Of a stretch of DNA of 47,253 nucleotides, positions 8,565 to 17,360 are shown one piece after another. Made by a program: the position numbers and the translations under genes. The notes below the pieces were generated by a model that saw only the letters and a list, made by a program, of their open reading frames with translations, did no database searches and was not told where the DNA came from. Each line of letters begins with the position of its first letter. Position 1 is the stretch's first letter. Source of the stretch: Bdellovibrionales bacterium (lineage in GTDB: Bacteria > Bdellovibrionota > Bdellovibrionia > Bdellovibrionales > JAGQZY01); contig JANPLN010000047.1 in NCBI GenBank assembly GCA_031426555.1, positions 1 through 47,253 of the forward strand. The letters run 5' to 3'.

Positions 8565-9788
8565 ATGATCAAACGAATCTGCTCAAGATACTTAGCAATT
8601 TACTTAACTTTTTGCCTTTTTCTTCTTGGATGGCATTTACCTGCGTCTGCGCAAATGCTGACTCCATCCTCCGTTATAAACTATTGGGACTCCAAGTCTT
8701 TCGAAGTCACAAACACTGGCACGGCCCGTGAAACGATTCGGCTCACAACGAAGGGCGATGGATCGCCAAGTTTTATTGGCTGGGAGCTTCCTCAGCCAGT
8801 AAATATGAAGGAAGTATTTGTCGAGGCTTACATAAAGATCCAGGACTTAGAATCCTGCGGTGGAATCGAACTCAGACTCTCGAACAAAGCAGATCAAAAT
8901 TCTTATATCGCCATCCAATTGCCATTTTTTACGGATCCATTGTTCAATTGGGTTCAACCCGGTGGGTGGCTGCGAATCACTTTAACTATGGGTGAAGCAA
9001 AACTGGTGGGGTCTCCGGATATTACAAAAATTAATAAACTTGGGTTTTACATAAATGATTCGGGCTCGCCCGATAAAAATACTCCTTTTTCAGTAGAACT
9101 CAGTGGCGTCGCATTCTCACCTGTTGGCAAGACCGCATTTATGTCGATCACATTCGACGATGGAATCGACGACCATTTGTTAGCCGCGCAAATCATGCAT
9201 AATCATGGCTTACGAGGAACGGCCTACATCATGCCCGACGCCATCGGACAACCGGGGTTTTTAAAGGAAGAAGATTTAAGCATTTTGTACAATACCTACC
9301 ACTGGGGTATTTCTTCCCATGGATCCATCCCTTTTACAGAGTTTGCACCTGGAGGCGTAGAGCAACATTCCGAAAATGTACTTGGTTTTTTAAAACAGCG
9401 CGGTTTTGGCTTTTCCTCTTCCCATATGGCCTACCCACTGGGGCGATACAATCTTGATTATGTGTTGCCTATTATTTCTAAAAAATTCACGACTGCAAGA
9501 ATCGCTAGCGGCGGCGCCGAAACCTTTCCTCCTGCGGATTGGAAACGCCTAAGAGTTGTAAATGTAATTCCATCGGTTACAGCAGAAATGCTTAAGGAAA
9601 GAATCGAGAAAGCGAAGATCCATAAAGAGTGGATCATCCTTATGTTTCACCATTTGGTCGAGGGAGAACCTCAGAGCGATCTCGAATATAACTTTAAAGA
9701 GTTCGAAAAAGTGATGAAAGCGATAAAAGATTCACAGATTAAAACCCTGCCAATACATGAAATGTGGGAAATACACCGTGTCGACTAA
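8565..9788 (+). CDS. Secreted polysaccharide deacetylase (CE4/NodB) with N-terminal beta-sandwich domain, paralog 1
   Basis: Signal peptide; SITFDDG, SSHG, AYPLG, ILMFHH; ATG 8565 after GGAG (alternative start 8550). Confidence 0.85.
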   Translation: MIKRICSRYLAIYLTFCLFLLGWHLPASAQMLTPSSVINYWDSKSFEVTNTGTARETIRLTTKGDGSPSFIGWELPQPVNMKEVFVEAYIKIQDLESCGGIELRLSNKADQNSYIAIQLPFFTDPLFNWVQPGGWLRITLTMGEAKLVGSPDITKINKLGFYINDSGSPDKNTPFSVELSGVAFSPVGKTAFMSITFDDGIDDHLLAAQIMHNHGLRGTAYIMPDAIGQPGFLKEEDLSILYNTYHWGISSHGSIPFTEFAPGGVEQHSENVLGFLKQRGFGFSSSHMAYPLGRYNLDYVLPIISKKFTTARIASGGAETFPPADWKRLRVVNVIPSVTAEMLKERIEKAKIHKEWIILMFHHLVEGEPQSDLEYNFKEFEKVMKAIKDSQIKTLPIHEMWEIHRVD

Positions 9789-11007
9789 TAAACAAAAAGT
9801 ACTAGCTGCTCTTTTGTTAACACTTTTTACTACAGTGCATGCTGAGGACTGCAGAGACGCATCGGCTTACGAAACGTCAGCCATCGATCTCTCCACCAAC
9901 GAAAGTACACAGTTGTTTGATCAGCTCCCCACTCAATGCGTGGAAACGTCCATGCAACTTATGAAGCAATGGACAAAATCCTTGAACCGATCTTCGAAAC
10001 CGTTTGTTCACTGCGATCCCACCTCGGGGATTCTCGAGCGCAGCAAGACTCCACTCTGCCTTACCGAAAAATTAATCGCGAACACTCAAAAACTGTTTGT
10101 CGCAGTGACCGATTGCTTGGATATACCTGCTAAGGCGCTTTTCCCCCTGATCAATGTGGAGAGCGGTTTTTTGCCAAATGCCGCCGCACCGAATGGCGAA
10201 GACTCAGGCATCGGACAAATTACACCGATCGCGGCGACCGACGTAAATTCTCGGTGGTTATGGTTAGAGGCACATGTCACGGGATCCACAAAATCTAGCT
10301 GTAAAGCTTTAGTACCCCATTTGCCCACCCTTAAATTTGATGAAAGCTTGGTGGAAAACCACATTTGTGAATTCACTCGCCCGGAAATAAACCCAGTACG
10401 GAATATTCTTTATGCAGGATACATCTTCTTGTTAAATACCAAATATTTTAATGATTTGTTTCTGGAGCAAAATCTTACAAACCGTCTCGGAATTTTGAAT
10501 GGTCAGTCGATAACCACAGAACAACAAAACCAAGTTATTCACCTCCTCAGCATTCTTTCGTATAACAAGGGCTTCGCGTGGATGCGTGAAAAATTTCTGA
10601 TGTATTTGGCGCGAGAAGAAGCAAAGCTAAGCTTTGATATTGACGACCTTCTCATTCTTGCCAACGAAATACAAACTATTGAAAAGCAGATTCAAGAAGC
10701 CAAGGAAGCACTGATCGTACAAGGAATTCCAGAATTAAGGGAAGTCTGGCGACAAAAGAAGCTTCGCTATCAAGAACTTTTAAATTTAAGACAGCACGAA
10801 TATGTGCTGGATTTCAAAGTTTTTCATTATCGAAATTTTTCTACGGATTCTATGATTGGTTTTTTTAAGCAGCAGGACTCGAGCCGCTATATCGAGTTGG
10901 TCATCGAAAGAAACGATTCCATTGAAGATAAATTCGGTGTTGGAACATGCAGCGACTTCGATCACCCTCGCCGAAGTTCCGCCCTCGATCATATGATTTG
11001 GTTATAA
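9778..11007 (+). CDS. Secreted lytic transglycosylase (SLT domain) with coiled-coil insert
   Basis: Signal peptide; INVESGF (catalytic Glu), SGIGQIT, LSYNKG motifs; start uncertain (9757 or 9778). Confidence 0.75.
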   Translation: MSTNKQKVLAALLLTLFTTVHAEDCRDASAYETSAIDLSTNESTQLFDQLPTQCVETSMQLMKQWTKSLNRSSKPFVHCDPTSGILERSKTPLCLTEKLIANTQKLFVAVTDCLDIPAKALFPLINVESGFLPNAAAPNGEDSGIGQITPIAATDVNSRWLWLEAHVTGSTKSSCKALVPHLPTLKFDESLVENHICEFTRPEINPVRNILYAGYIFLLNTKYFNDLFLEQNLTNRLGILNGQSITTEQQNQVIHLLSILSYNKGFAWMREKFLMYLAREEAKLSFDIDDLLILANEIQTIEKQIQEAKEALIVQGIPELREVWRQKKLRYQELLNLRQHEYVLDFKVFHYRNFSTDSMIGFFKQQDSSRYIELVIERNDSIEDKFGVGTCSDFDHPRRSSALDHMIWL

Positions 11008-12146
11008 ACGTCTTTGATTGTACGAACTTGTTTTTTAATTGGAGCAAGTTCTTTTAATAGAATTTCAAAAGATTCAAAACTGTATTCCAGATCGTTTGTA
11101 GGCATCTTCGCGGGCACCAAATAATGGAACATTAAAATCAACCAATCCCCTTGTTCCACCGCCTCTTTGGCTAAAAGAGCAATGTCCTGTGGTTTAGTTC
11201 CTGCTGTGACATTGAAGGCTCTTAGCTTTAGGTTTTGTGCTGGAGGGAGGGTTTCAAGCCCTGCGCTTGCAATACGTGCTGTTTTATATACTTTCTTAAC
11301 ATCCTCTAGAACTTTGGCATTCTGTTTTCCTAAGGGAAATGCCAAATGCTCTGGCACGAAACTCCCAGAACATTGTTTCTTCATTGCGAGAAAATCTTTT
11401 TGAATAAAACCACTCAAATTGGTTTTTTCAGTAAATGGTTGAGTCGCATGAGAGCCCACCATCCATCCTTCTCTTGCCATTTTACAAAGGTCGTCCACGC
11501 TGATGTAACCGGGAGTCCCCAAAGCTTCTTGAATCACGTAGGCAGTGGCAACAAAACCATGCCTGCGAATGAGGCGATGTGCATCGAGCAACGAAATATA
11601 CCCGTCGTCAAAAGTAAAAGACACACGTCCTTTTTTGAAGAATTTTTTTTGCTGCACGGATAGATTCTTAAACTCGATTGAGTATTTTTTCGTATCTTTA
11701 AAGCGAATAAAAGCCGAGAAGACTTTGTATTCGCCATCGGCTTTTTTGCCCTTGAGAAAGTGAGATAAACTTAGCGTGATGGTATTCAAGGTGTCTGACT
11801 GCACCCAATTAAATTCTGGATCAGAAAATAAGGGCAATTGATAAGATATAAATGTTTTGTCGCCCGATTTTTTTTGCAGCCTCAAATCAATTCCTGCAAG
11901 ATTTAGGATATCTTTTGAGGCAATTTCAAATTTTAAAAGAGTTTGATTATCCATTTTTTTGCTAAGATTCCACTCAATCAGCAAGGGATCTGTGGTGCTT
12001 TCTGCCGTTAACGTACATTTAGATTTTTCAGACTTAACCGCGCCCTTACCCCAACTCAATCGACAGTCGGGCTGGTGCGCAAAATTCTGCGCTTGAGCCT
12101 GAATAAGAAAGAGGAAAAATAAAAAAAGGACACCAATGGCTGACAT
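10989..12146 (-). CDS. Secreted polysaccharide deacetylase (CE4/NodB), paralog 2
   Basis: SFTFDDG, GSHA, AFPLG, ILMFHY; shares LP.F.DP.FNWVQ and KTARIAS.G.ET.PPA-type segments with paralog 1; alternative start 12170. Confidence 0.85.
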   Translation of the reverse strand: MSAIGVLFLFFLFLIQAQAQNFAHQPDCRLSWGKGAVKSEKSKCTLTAESTTDPLLIEWNLSKKMDNQTLLKFEIASKDILNLAGIDLRLQKKSGDKTFISYQLPLFSDPEFNWVQSDTLNTITLSLSHFLKGKKADGEYKVFSAFIRFKDTKKYSIEFKNLSVQQKKFFKKGRVSFTFDDGYISLLDAHRLIRRHGFVATAYVIQEALGTPGYISVDDLCKMAREGWMVGSHATQPFTEKTNLSGFIQKDFLAMKKQCSGSFVPEHLAFPLGKQNAKVLEDVKKVYKTARIASAGLETLPPAQNLKLRAFNVTAGTKPQDIALLAKEAVEQGDWLILMFHYLVPAKMPTNDLEYSFESFEILLKELAPIKKQVRTIKDVYNQII

Positions 12147-12217
12147 GTCTCTATGGTAAAGACTACTCAATGATGTGTCAAAGAGAATGGAGCAGAAAAA
12201 GCTCTGCTCTACTTTGA

Positions 12218-12538
12218 TTAATTTCTTTGGCTTTTAAGTTCTTGAGAAATCGACTCAAGCTGAGTTTGATCGTCCGTATTAATACGTCTTTCAATCTGCT
12301 GAGCTTGATATGAGTTATCCGAGATGACTGTGGACTCATCTTTAATAACTTGCTTGCTTTGGCCCCGTCGAAACGTTGCCTTTTCGATCTGATCAACAGT
12401 TACCGACAATACAACCTTCGTATTGGCTTTTTCTGTATCAGAACTTTGAATCGCCTGTGAAAGCGCGTCTTTTAAACCCTCAGCAAGAACATTTTGGCTG
12501 ACTGATATTAGTAAAACCGTCATTAATAGTTTTTTCAT
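12218..12538 (-). CDS. Small secreted hypothetical protein
   Basis: MKKLLMTVLLISVSQNVLA signal peptide; AGGGGG RBS; sigma54-type promoter just upstream. Confidence 0.7.
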   Translation of the reverse strand: MKKLLMTVLLISVSQNVLAEGLKDALSQAIQSSDTEKANTKVVLSVTVDQIEKATFRRGQSKQVIKDESTVISDNSYQAQQIERRINTDDQTQLESISQELKSQRN

Positions 12539-12562
12539 AAATCCCCCTATACCTACTACTAA

Positions 12563-12579
12563 AGCAAGGACAGTACCAA
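12563..12579 (-). promoter_or_regulatory. sigma54 (-24/-12) promoter
   Basis: Minus strand TTGGTACTGTCCTTGCT = GG-N10-GC, close to the TGGCAC-N5-TTGC consensus, about 25 nt before ATG 12538. Confidence 0.7.
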
Positions 12580-12656
12580 CCCGGCATGCAATAGATTCGA
12601 TTTCAACGTCACAATCTGGGAAGTGTCTCGACAACTGTCTATCTCTTATACAAAAG

Positions 12657-12727
12657 CGTCTCAGTATACCGTCTCAGTATGATTCAAAAAGTGATTGCGT
12701 CAAAAGTGATTGCTTTAAAAGTGACAG
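12657..12727. repeat. Phased short direct repeats (CGTCTCAGTAT x2; AAAAGTGA(TTGC/CAG) x3), candidate activator-binding sites
   Basis: CGTCTCAGTAT at 12657 and 12670; AAAAGTGA at 12687, 12702, 12717 (15-bp period). Confidence 0.7.
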
Positions 12728-12803
12728 TGTTTGCCTTTTAACAATGCCAATTCGCAATTTTTGGCACTTTTGAGCCGTTAAACTGCTTTAAACAGTTCTG
12801 AGA

Positions 12804-12820
12804 TGGGTACAGATGCTGCA
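12804..12820 (+). promoter_or_regulatory. sigma54 (-24/-12) promoter
   Basis: TGGGTACAGATGCTGCA = GG-N10-GC, about 28 nt before ATG 12848, which has an AGGAGG RBS. Confidence 0.55.
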
Positions 12821-12847
12821 ATGACAGCCAGGATAACAGGAGGCTTT

Positions 12848-13861
12848 ATGTATTCTAAAAAGAAATCATCTAAAACAGTTCGCAACTATTCGGCGCTCGC
12901 GCTTGGAATCCTTGGATTCAGTTATGGCGTAGCTCAGTGGAAGGGACACGTTATGGGACGCGCCTTCTATGTTGCAAAAAGTAGCGTAAAGCTCAATTCA
13001 GCCACAGATGAATTTCGCATGGCAGTTATCTGTCATAAATTACAAAAACAAGATTGCAAAGAAATGTCTCTTGCCAATGCTTACAAAAAATCACCGGAAA
13101 ATCCTAAAATTGTTGGCGAGTATGCCGTGGCACTCACCGAATCTGGAAAACACGATCAAGCCATCCTTACCTATCAGAAATTCTTTTCCCTCACCGAAGG
13201 TTCTCCTCGCCACATGGTGAAATATGCTGAGAGCCTTGGCCAAAAGGAATTCTATACAGACGCTAAAGAGTGGTACTACAAGGCAATTAAAGCTCAGCCC
13301 GAAAATTTAGAATTCGCCGAATCAATGATGTCGATGCTCACGTTTTCACATCAGTATGGAGAAGCTTTAAGCATCATTGGTCATTTTAATCTTGTGATTC
13401 CAAAGACACAGAAAATTTGGCACAACCTCGCCTTAAAAATCAAAGCTGAATTTAAATCTTATCAAGAAAAGTATGCCATCAAAGAAATGACAATCTCAAA
13501 ACTTGGAAACTACTTTTTCGCCCCAGCAGTCATGAATGGATCTTTGGAGACCCAACTGTTTATTGTAAACCCAGAGTCTGTTTATACGACCGTGGATGCA
13601 CAGTATCTTAAAAACAATAATATTCCACACACATCGAAGGGTGAAATCACTGTGACGGCCAACAACGGCCAGCAACTCACTGGTACTCGTGTGATCATCC
13701 CAGAAATTATGTTTGGCGCATGGTCTCTTAAAAACGTAGAAGCCATTGCCTGTGACAACTGTGCTTTCCTTGCCGGAAAAACAGTGCTTAACAAACTTTC
13801 TGTGCAGAACACGCAAGTGAACAATACACAGGTGAGCCTTTTATCAATGAAAGAGAAGTAA
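12848..13861 (+). CDS. Membrane-anchored TPR protein with C-terminal retropepsin-like (degenerate) domain
   Basis: N-terminal TM; TPR-like helices (GKHDQAILTYQK, AKEWYYKAIKAQPEN); C-terminal clan AA pattern (..TANNG..., LAGKTVL) but FIVNPES replaces FLVDTGA. Confidence 0.7.
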   Translation: MYSKKKSSKTVRNYSALALGILGFSYGVAQWKGHVMGRAFYVAKSSVKLNSATDEFRMAVICHKLQKQDCKEMSLANAYKKSPENPKIVGEYAVALTESGKHDQAILTYQKFFSLTEGSPRHMVKYAESLGQKEFYTDAKEWYYKAIKAQPENLEFAESMMSMLTFSHQYGEALSIIGHFNLVIPKTQKIWHNLALKIKAEFKSYQEKYAIKEMTISKLGNYFFAPAVMNGSLETQLFIVNPESVYTTVDAQYLKNNNIPHTSKGEITVTANNGQQLTGTRVIIPEIMFGAWSLKNVEAIACDNCAFLAGKTVLNKLSVQNTQVNNTQVSLLSMKEK

Positions 13862-13933
13862 TTACCACTCTTCTTTGATCTCAATTTTTAAAAACAAATT
13901 GCCAGCGACGACGAGTCCTGGCATTCTTGTTTC

Positions 13934-15337
13934 ATGTCATCCCCTCGACTTTCAACTAACGAAAAAGCTCGATCCATAAACATCAACAAAAGACATTTTG
14001 GTTCCATCGCCGAGATTGGCGCAGGACAAGAGATCTCACGTTGGTTTTTTAAAGTCGGCGGTGCCTCTGGCACAGTCGCCAAGGCGATTTCTGCCTACGA
14101 TATGGCCTTTAGTGACGCAATCTATGGTCCCGAGCCCAGCGGCCGCTACGTCGTCGAAAGTCGAGTGCAAAAAATGCTCGACTACGAGTACAACTTGCTG
14201 ATCACTCGCAGCAAAGCGGAAGTTCAAAAGGAGAGAGCTCTCTTTGCCCTGGCCAATACTGTTGCCGCCAAATCTCCTAAGTATCGCGGCGATTGCCACG
14301 GTTGGATTGGCTTAAAGTATCAGTTAAGCCCAGGCGGCGAAGCTCACGAAATCATTGTGCATATTCGCATGCTCGATTCTACGAACCAACAGCAACAAAG
14401 AACTCTTGGGATTCTTGGAGTGAACCTTCTCTATGCCGCCATCAACCATTCGGACGACGTCAAAAAAATGATTGCCTCGCTGGTCGACGGCGACCTAGCA
14501 GAGAGCATCGAAATCAACACGGTTCGTTTGCGCGGACCTGCGTTTAAAAAAACCGATGTTTATGCAGCAAATCTCATCCCCCTCGAGCTTGGCCTGACTC
14601 CGGCGGTCCTTATCAAGGCGGATGGCACCGTTAGCCACCTCGCCGAGGAGCTGTATTTAAAGCAAGTCCTTATCCATCGTGCAGAGTTTAATCCTATGAC
14701 CTCGTCCGACATGGACATGCTCTTGAGCGCGCGAGATCATTATTGCAACTCGAAGACAGAGGGCGAATGTGCGCCGTTTTTGTTAAGCGAGCTTTTTCCA
14801 GAAAACCTCAACGAGCAAACAACTTCGCAACTTCTCCATCGCATCCGCATGCTCCTGCTTGCAAAGCAAAATATTTTAATTTCTCAATTCAAAGACACTT
14901 TCCAATTAATGGATTATCTAGAAAAATTCACCAAAGATCATATTCACTTTGTTTACCCCTCAAAAAGACTGATCGATATCTTTGAAAAAAATCATTTTTC
15001 ATCGTTTGAAGCTTTAGCGCGAATTTTTAAAGACCAAACACGAATGTACTTCTATCCTACTCCAAGCAACTTGGTTGATCCGCAATACATCAAAGACAAA
15101 AAACAAACTTATTTTACTGTAAAAAATTATACACCGTCGATTAAAAATCAATTTCTATTTCAACACTTACTAGCAGATGGCTATCTTGAAGATATAAGAG
15201 ATCATCGTTGTGATCCCGCCCTACTCATCAGCGATTCCGATCTACAGCAGATGATAAAAGCTAAAAAGAAGGAATGGGAAAAGTTCGTTCCTTCTGTGAT
15301 CGCAAGTTACATTAAGGACAACGGTCTTTTTATTTAA
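13934..15337 (+). CDS. Conserved cytosolic protein of the family usually labelled nicotinate-nucleotide adenylyltransferase-like
   Basis: GSIAEIGAGQEISRWFFKVGGASGTVAK.ISAYDM.FSDAIYG...RYV..R...MLD.EY; CHGWIGL; LGILGVNLLY. Confidence 0.65.
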   Translation: MSSPRLSTNEKARSININKRHFGSIAEIGAGQEISRWFFKVGGASGTVAKAISAYDMAFSDAIYGPEPSGRYVVESRVQKMLDYEYNLLITRSKAEVQKERALFALANTVAAKSPKYRGDCHGWIGLKYQLSPGGEAHEIIVHIRMLDSTNQQQQRTLGILGVNLLYAAINHSDDVKKMIASLVDGDLAESIEINTVRLRGPAFKKTDVYAANLIPLELGLTPAVLIKADGTVSHLAEELYLKQVLIHRAEFNPMTSSDMDMLLSARDHYCNSKTEGECAPFLLSELFPENLNEQTTSQLLHRIRMLLLAKQNILISQFKDTFQLMDYLEKFTKDHIHFVYPSKRLIDIFEKNHFSSFEALARIFKDQTRMYFYPTPSNLVDPQYIKDKKQTYFTVKNYTPSIKNQFLFQHLLADGYLEDIRDHRCDPALLISDSDLQQMIKAKKKEWEKFVPSVIASYIKDNGLFI

Positions 15338-16515
15338 GGCGCCGCGGATTCAATTAGGTAAAGCGCAGGTTCGATGTTCTTTTGGAAAATTCCCTCGATA
15401 GCGCTTGCTCCAAGATAAAATCCACCTTCCCACTGACTTTGTGGATCCAGTTCAAAAGTAAAAGCAAAAATTCCGTGTTCACCGTAGGCCCAGTCGCAGG
15501 TGTCTCCACTTGCTAAATAAAGATCTCCTGATTTCATTGGCCGGTAGCCAGCCATTTTTGCCATGGCTTTTCCCATAGTTTCGAAAGTTAGCAAATCGGC
15601 GGGATCGGAAATTTTTCCTTCCTGGTGCCCCCAGGGCCAAAGCACAAGCTTGGAAAATGTATGGTAGCTCAACATCATTTGTAACTGCGGGGTCTGTTCA
15701 ACCCAATTTTTAATGGCTTGGGTTTCGTTTTCGCTAAACGCGTTCGGCCCGCGATATGTCTCGCTTGACGGATTGGTACTGGCGCCCGCTCCACCCCAGC
15801 CGTACCCATAGTTGCGATTCAAATCCACGCCATAATTATTACCCGACTGAAACTTTCGATTTTTTCGCCAGTACTGATAGTTACCTGTCGAAATATCAAA
15901 TTCAGCCCCATCGGGATTCACCATTGGGATTACAAAGATTTCGTAAGTGTTCAAAAGGGAAACAATTCGGGGATTTTTTTTATTGTATTCTTCTAAGAGA
16001 TATTCCACCAACCGCAGTGGCACTTCCACAGATACATGCTCACGAGCGTGGTGGCCACCCATAAATACGGTGGCAGGTTTTGCTGTTGCGTCGGCGGATA
16101 AGCGAACGAGCCAGAGATCTCTGTTCTCAAAGGTGGACCCGATGGACGTCACAGTCATCGTACCGGTATTTTTAAGTGCGAGATTTTGAATCTGTTGAGT
16201 CAGTTCTGTATAATTATGGAAATCTGCCTCTTGTTTTGGAAAGTCAAACGGGGATAGCCCCTGAGGGTAGCTGGCCAATAACTTTTGCGCCCCTTGAATC
16301 TCACGCAGTTGTTGTTCTGTTCCCAGGACGATCACTCGATCGTCTTCAACAGCCACGATGTCGTAGCCCTGTGTCACAAGCGCGGATCGCTCCTGAACTG
16401 TGTGTGCCGAGATCTCCAGCCACAAAGGCTGGGTTTTCTGCTGAGCTATCGCAGTTTTAAAAAGTAATAACTGAAAAGAAAGACAAAGAAGCTGTAAAGA
16501 ATAATTCCATCGCAT
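15334..16515 (-). CDS. Secreted M14 zinc carboxypeptidase (carboxypeptidase T-like)
   Basis: Signal peptide and prodomain; HHARE, NPDG, WRKNR, GVDLNRNY, YRGP.AFSE.ET, SYHT, FTFEL. Confidence 0.92.
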   Translation of the reverse strand: MRWNYSLQLLCLSFQLLLFKTAIAQQKTQPLWLEISAHTVQERSALVTQGYDIVAVEDDRVIVLGTEQQLREIQGAQKLLASYPQGLSPFDFPKQEADFHNYTELTQQIQNLALKNTGTMTVTSIGSTFENRDLWLVRLSADATAKPATVFMGGHHAREHVSVEVPLRLVEYLLEEYNKKNPRIVSLLNTYEIFVIPMVNPDGAEFDISTGNYQYWRKNRKFQSGNNYGVDLNRNYGYGWGGAGASTNPSSETYRGPNAFSENETQAIKNWVEQTPQLQMMLSYHTFSKLVLWPWGHQEGKISDPADLLTFETMGKAMAKMAGYRPMKSGDLYLASGDTCDWAYGEHGIFAFTFELDPQSQWEGGFYLGASAIEGIFQKNIEPALYLIESAAP

Positions 16516-16590
16516 TCGACCCCCACTCTCTTAAGTGAAGACCCTGGACGCGACGACGTCTATTGAAAGCGTGAGAACTGGGCAAAAGTC

Positions 16591-16615
16591 GTAGAAGGCC
16601 GAAAAAGCCTTCTAC
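16591..16615 (-). terminator. Hairpin, probable intrinsic terminator of the 16659-17198 gene
   Basis: GTAGAAGGC-N7-GCCTTCTAC 9-bp stem followed on the minus strand by GACTTTT. Confidence 0.5.
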
Positions 16616-16645
16616 AGATTATCATGTCCACCACGTTATCGGAAA

Positions 16646-16660
16646 AGGTACTTGGTACCT
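16646..16660. repeat. Palindromic repeat AGGTAC-TTG-GTACCT
   Basis: Identical 17-mer AAAGGTACTTGGTACCT also at 43790; overlaps the TAG stop of the minus-strand gene. Confidence 0.7.
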
Positions 16661-17198
16661 ATTTGTAGCCGATGAAAGTTAGAACGCTGTTGCGGGTTTG
16701 CCATGTTTTTCCGTTGGATAACGACTCACCAGTGGCGCGAATTTTTCTTACACAACGCTGATCACCTGACAAATTGTACCAGTCAGAGGAACTTTGTGTT
16801 CTAAAGTTTCTGTTTACCGATACGTTTTCACGATCTCCGTTTTGGTATGTGATCTGTATAGAGCGAACATACACATTGGCTTGATTCACACGGAATCGCA
16901 GTGCTCTAACAGGATCGTTTTTGCTTACATTGCACTTAGGAAATGAAACAGAGTCTGTGTTGCCAAAAGGCTTAAGAACAACAGTTCCAAGAATCAACTG
17001 GTCGTTCACATGTTTCAAAACAACCTTGTCGTTGTTTTCCCAAACGATGTTGTCATCTTTTTTGTCTTTGTTTTTCTGCTGCAGTTTACCGAGAATAAAA
17101 CCGATGATGCCGATGGCTAGAGCTTCATCGCCGTCAATTTTCGCTTGTGCGGTGGCGGCTGAAACCGAAAATAAAAATAGAACTAAAAACTTTTTCAT
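16659..17198 (-). CDS. Secreted beta-sandwich protein, DUF2541/YaaI-like
   Basis: MKKFLV..AQA signal after GGGGAG RBS; VRALRFRV..ANVYVRSIQITYQNG...SDWYNL.G..RCVRKI pattern. Confidence 0.6.
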   Translation of the reverse strand: MKKFLVLFLFSVSAATAQAKIDGDEALAIGIIGFILGKLQQKNKDKKDDNIVWENNDKVVLKHVNDQLILGTVVLKPFGNTDSVSFPKCNVSKNDPVRALRFRVNQANVYVRSIQITYQNGDRENVSVNRNFRTQSSSDWYNLSGDQRCVRKIRATGESLSNGKTWQTRNSVLTFIGYK

Positions 17199-17360
17199 AT
17201 TAATTCTCCCCTGGTTATGGCGTCTTGCGCCGACTTCGTTATATCCCTGTTTCATCAGCTTTCGCAACTGGCGCGGCGTGGAGCTTCCTTAAAACCGTTT
17301 ATTTCCTATGAAATTCAGCATCTTAAAACAATAAAATGTTATGTTTTAACTGTTATTCAT

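Noticed and set aside
2818..12170. Polysaccharide locus as a mobile genomic island
   Set aside because: It looks somewhat AT-richer by eye, but I did not compute GC and see no integrase, tRNA or flanking direct repeats.
12635..12652. CTGTCTATCTCTTATACA resembles the Tn5 mosaic end / Nextera adapter (CTGTCTCTTATACACATCT)
   Set aside because: Only 11 contiguous bases match, ACATCT is missing and there is no partner end or transposase; likely chance.
12657..12727. Possible mini-CRISPR or iteron array
   Set aside because: Repeats are 8-12 bp with 2-7 bp spacers; no cas or rep gene nearby.
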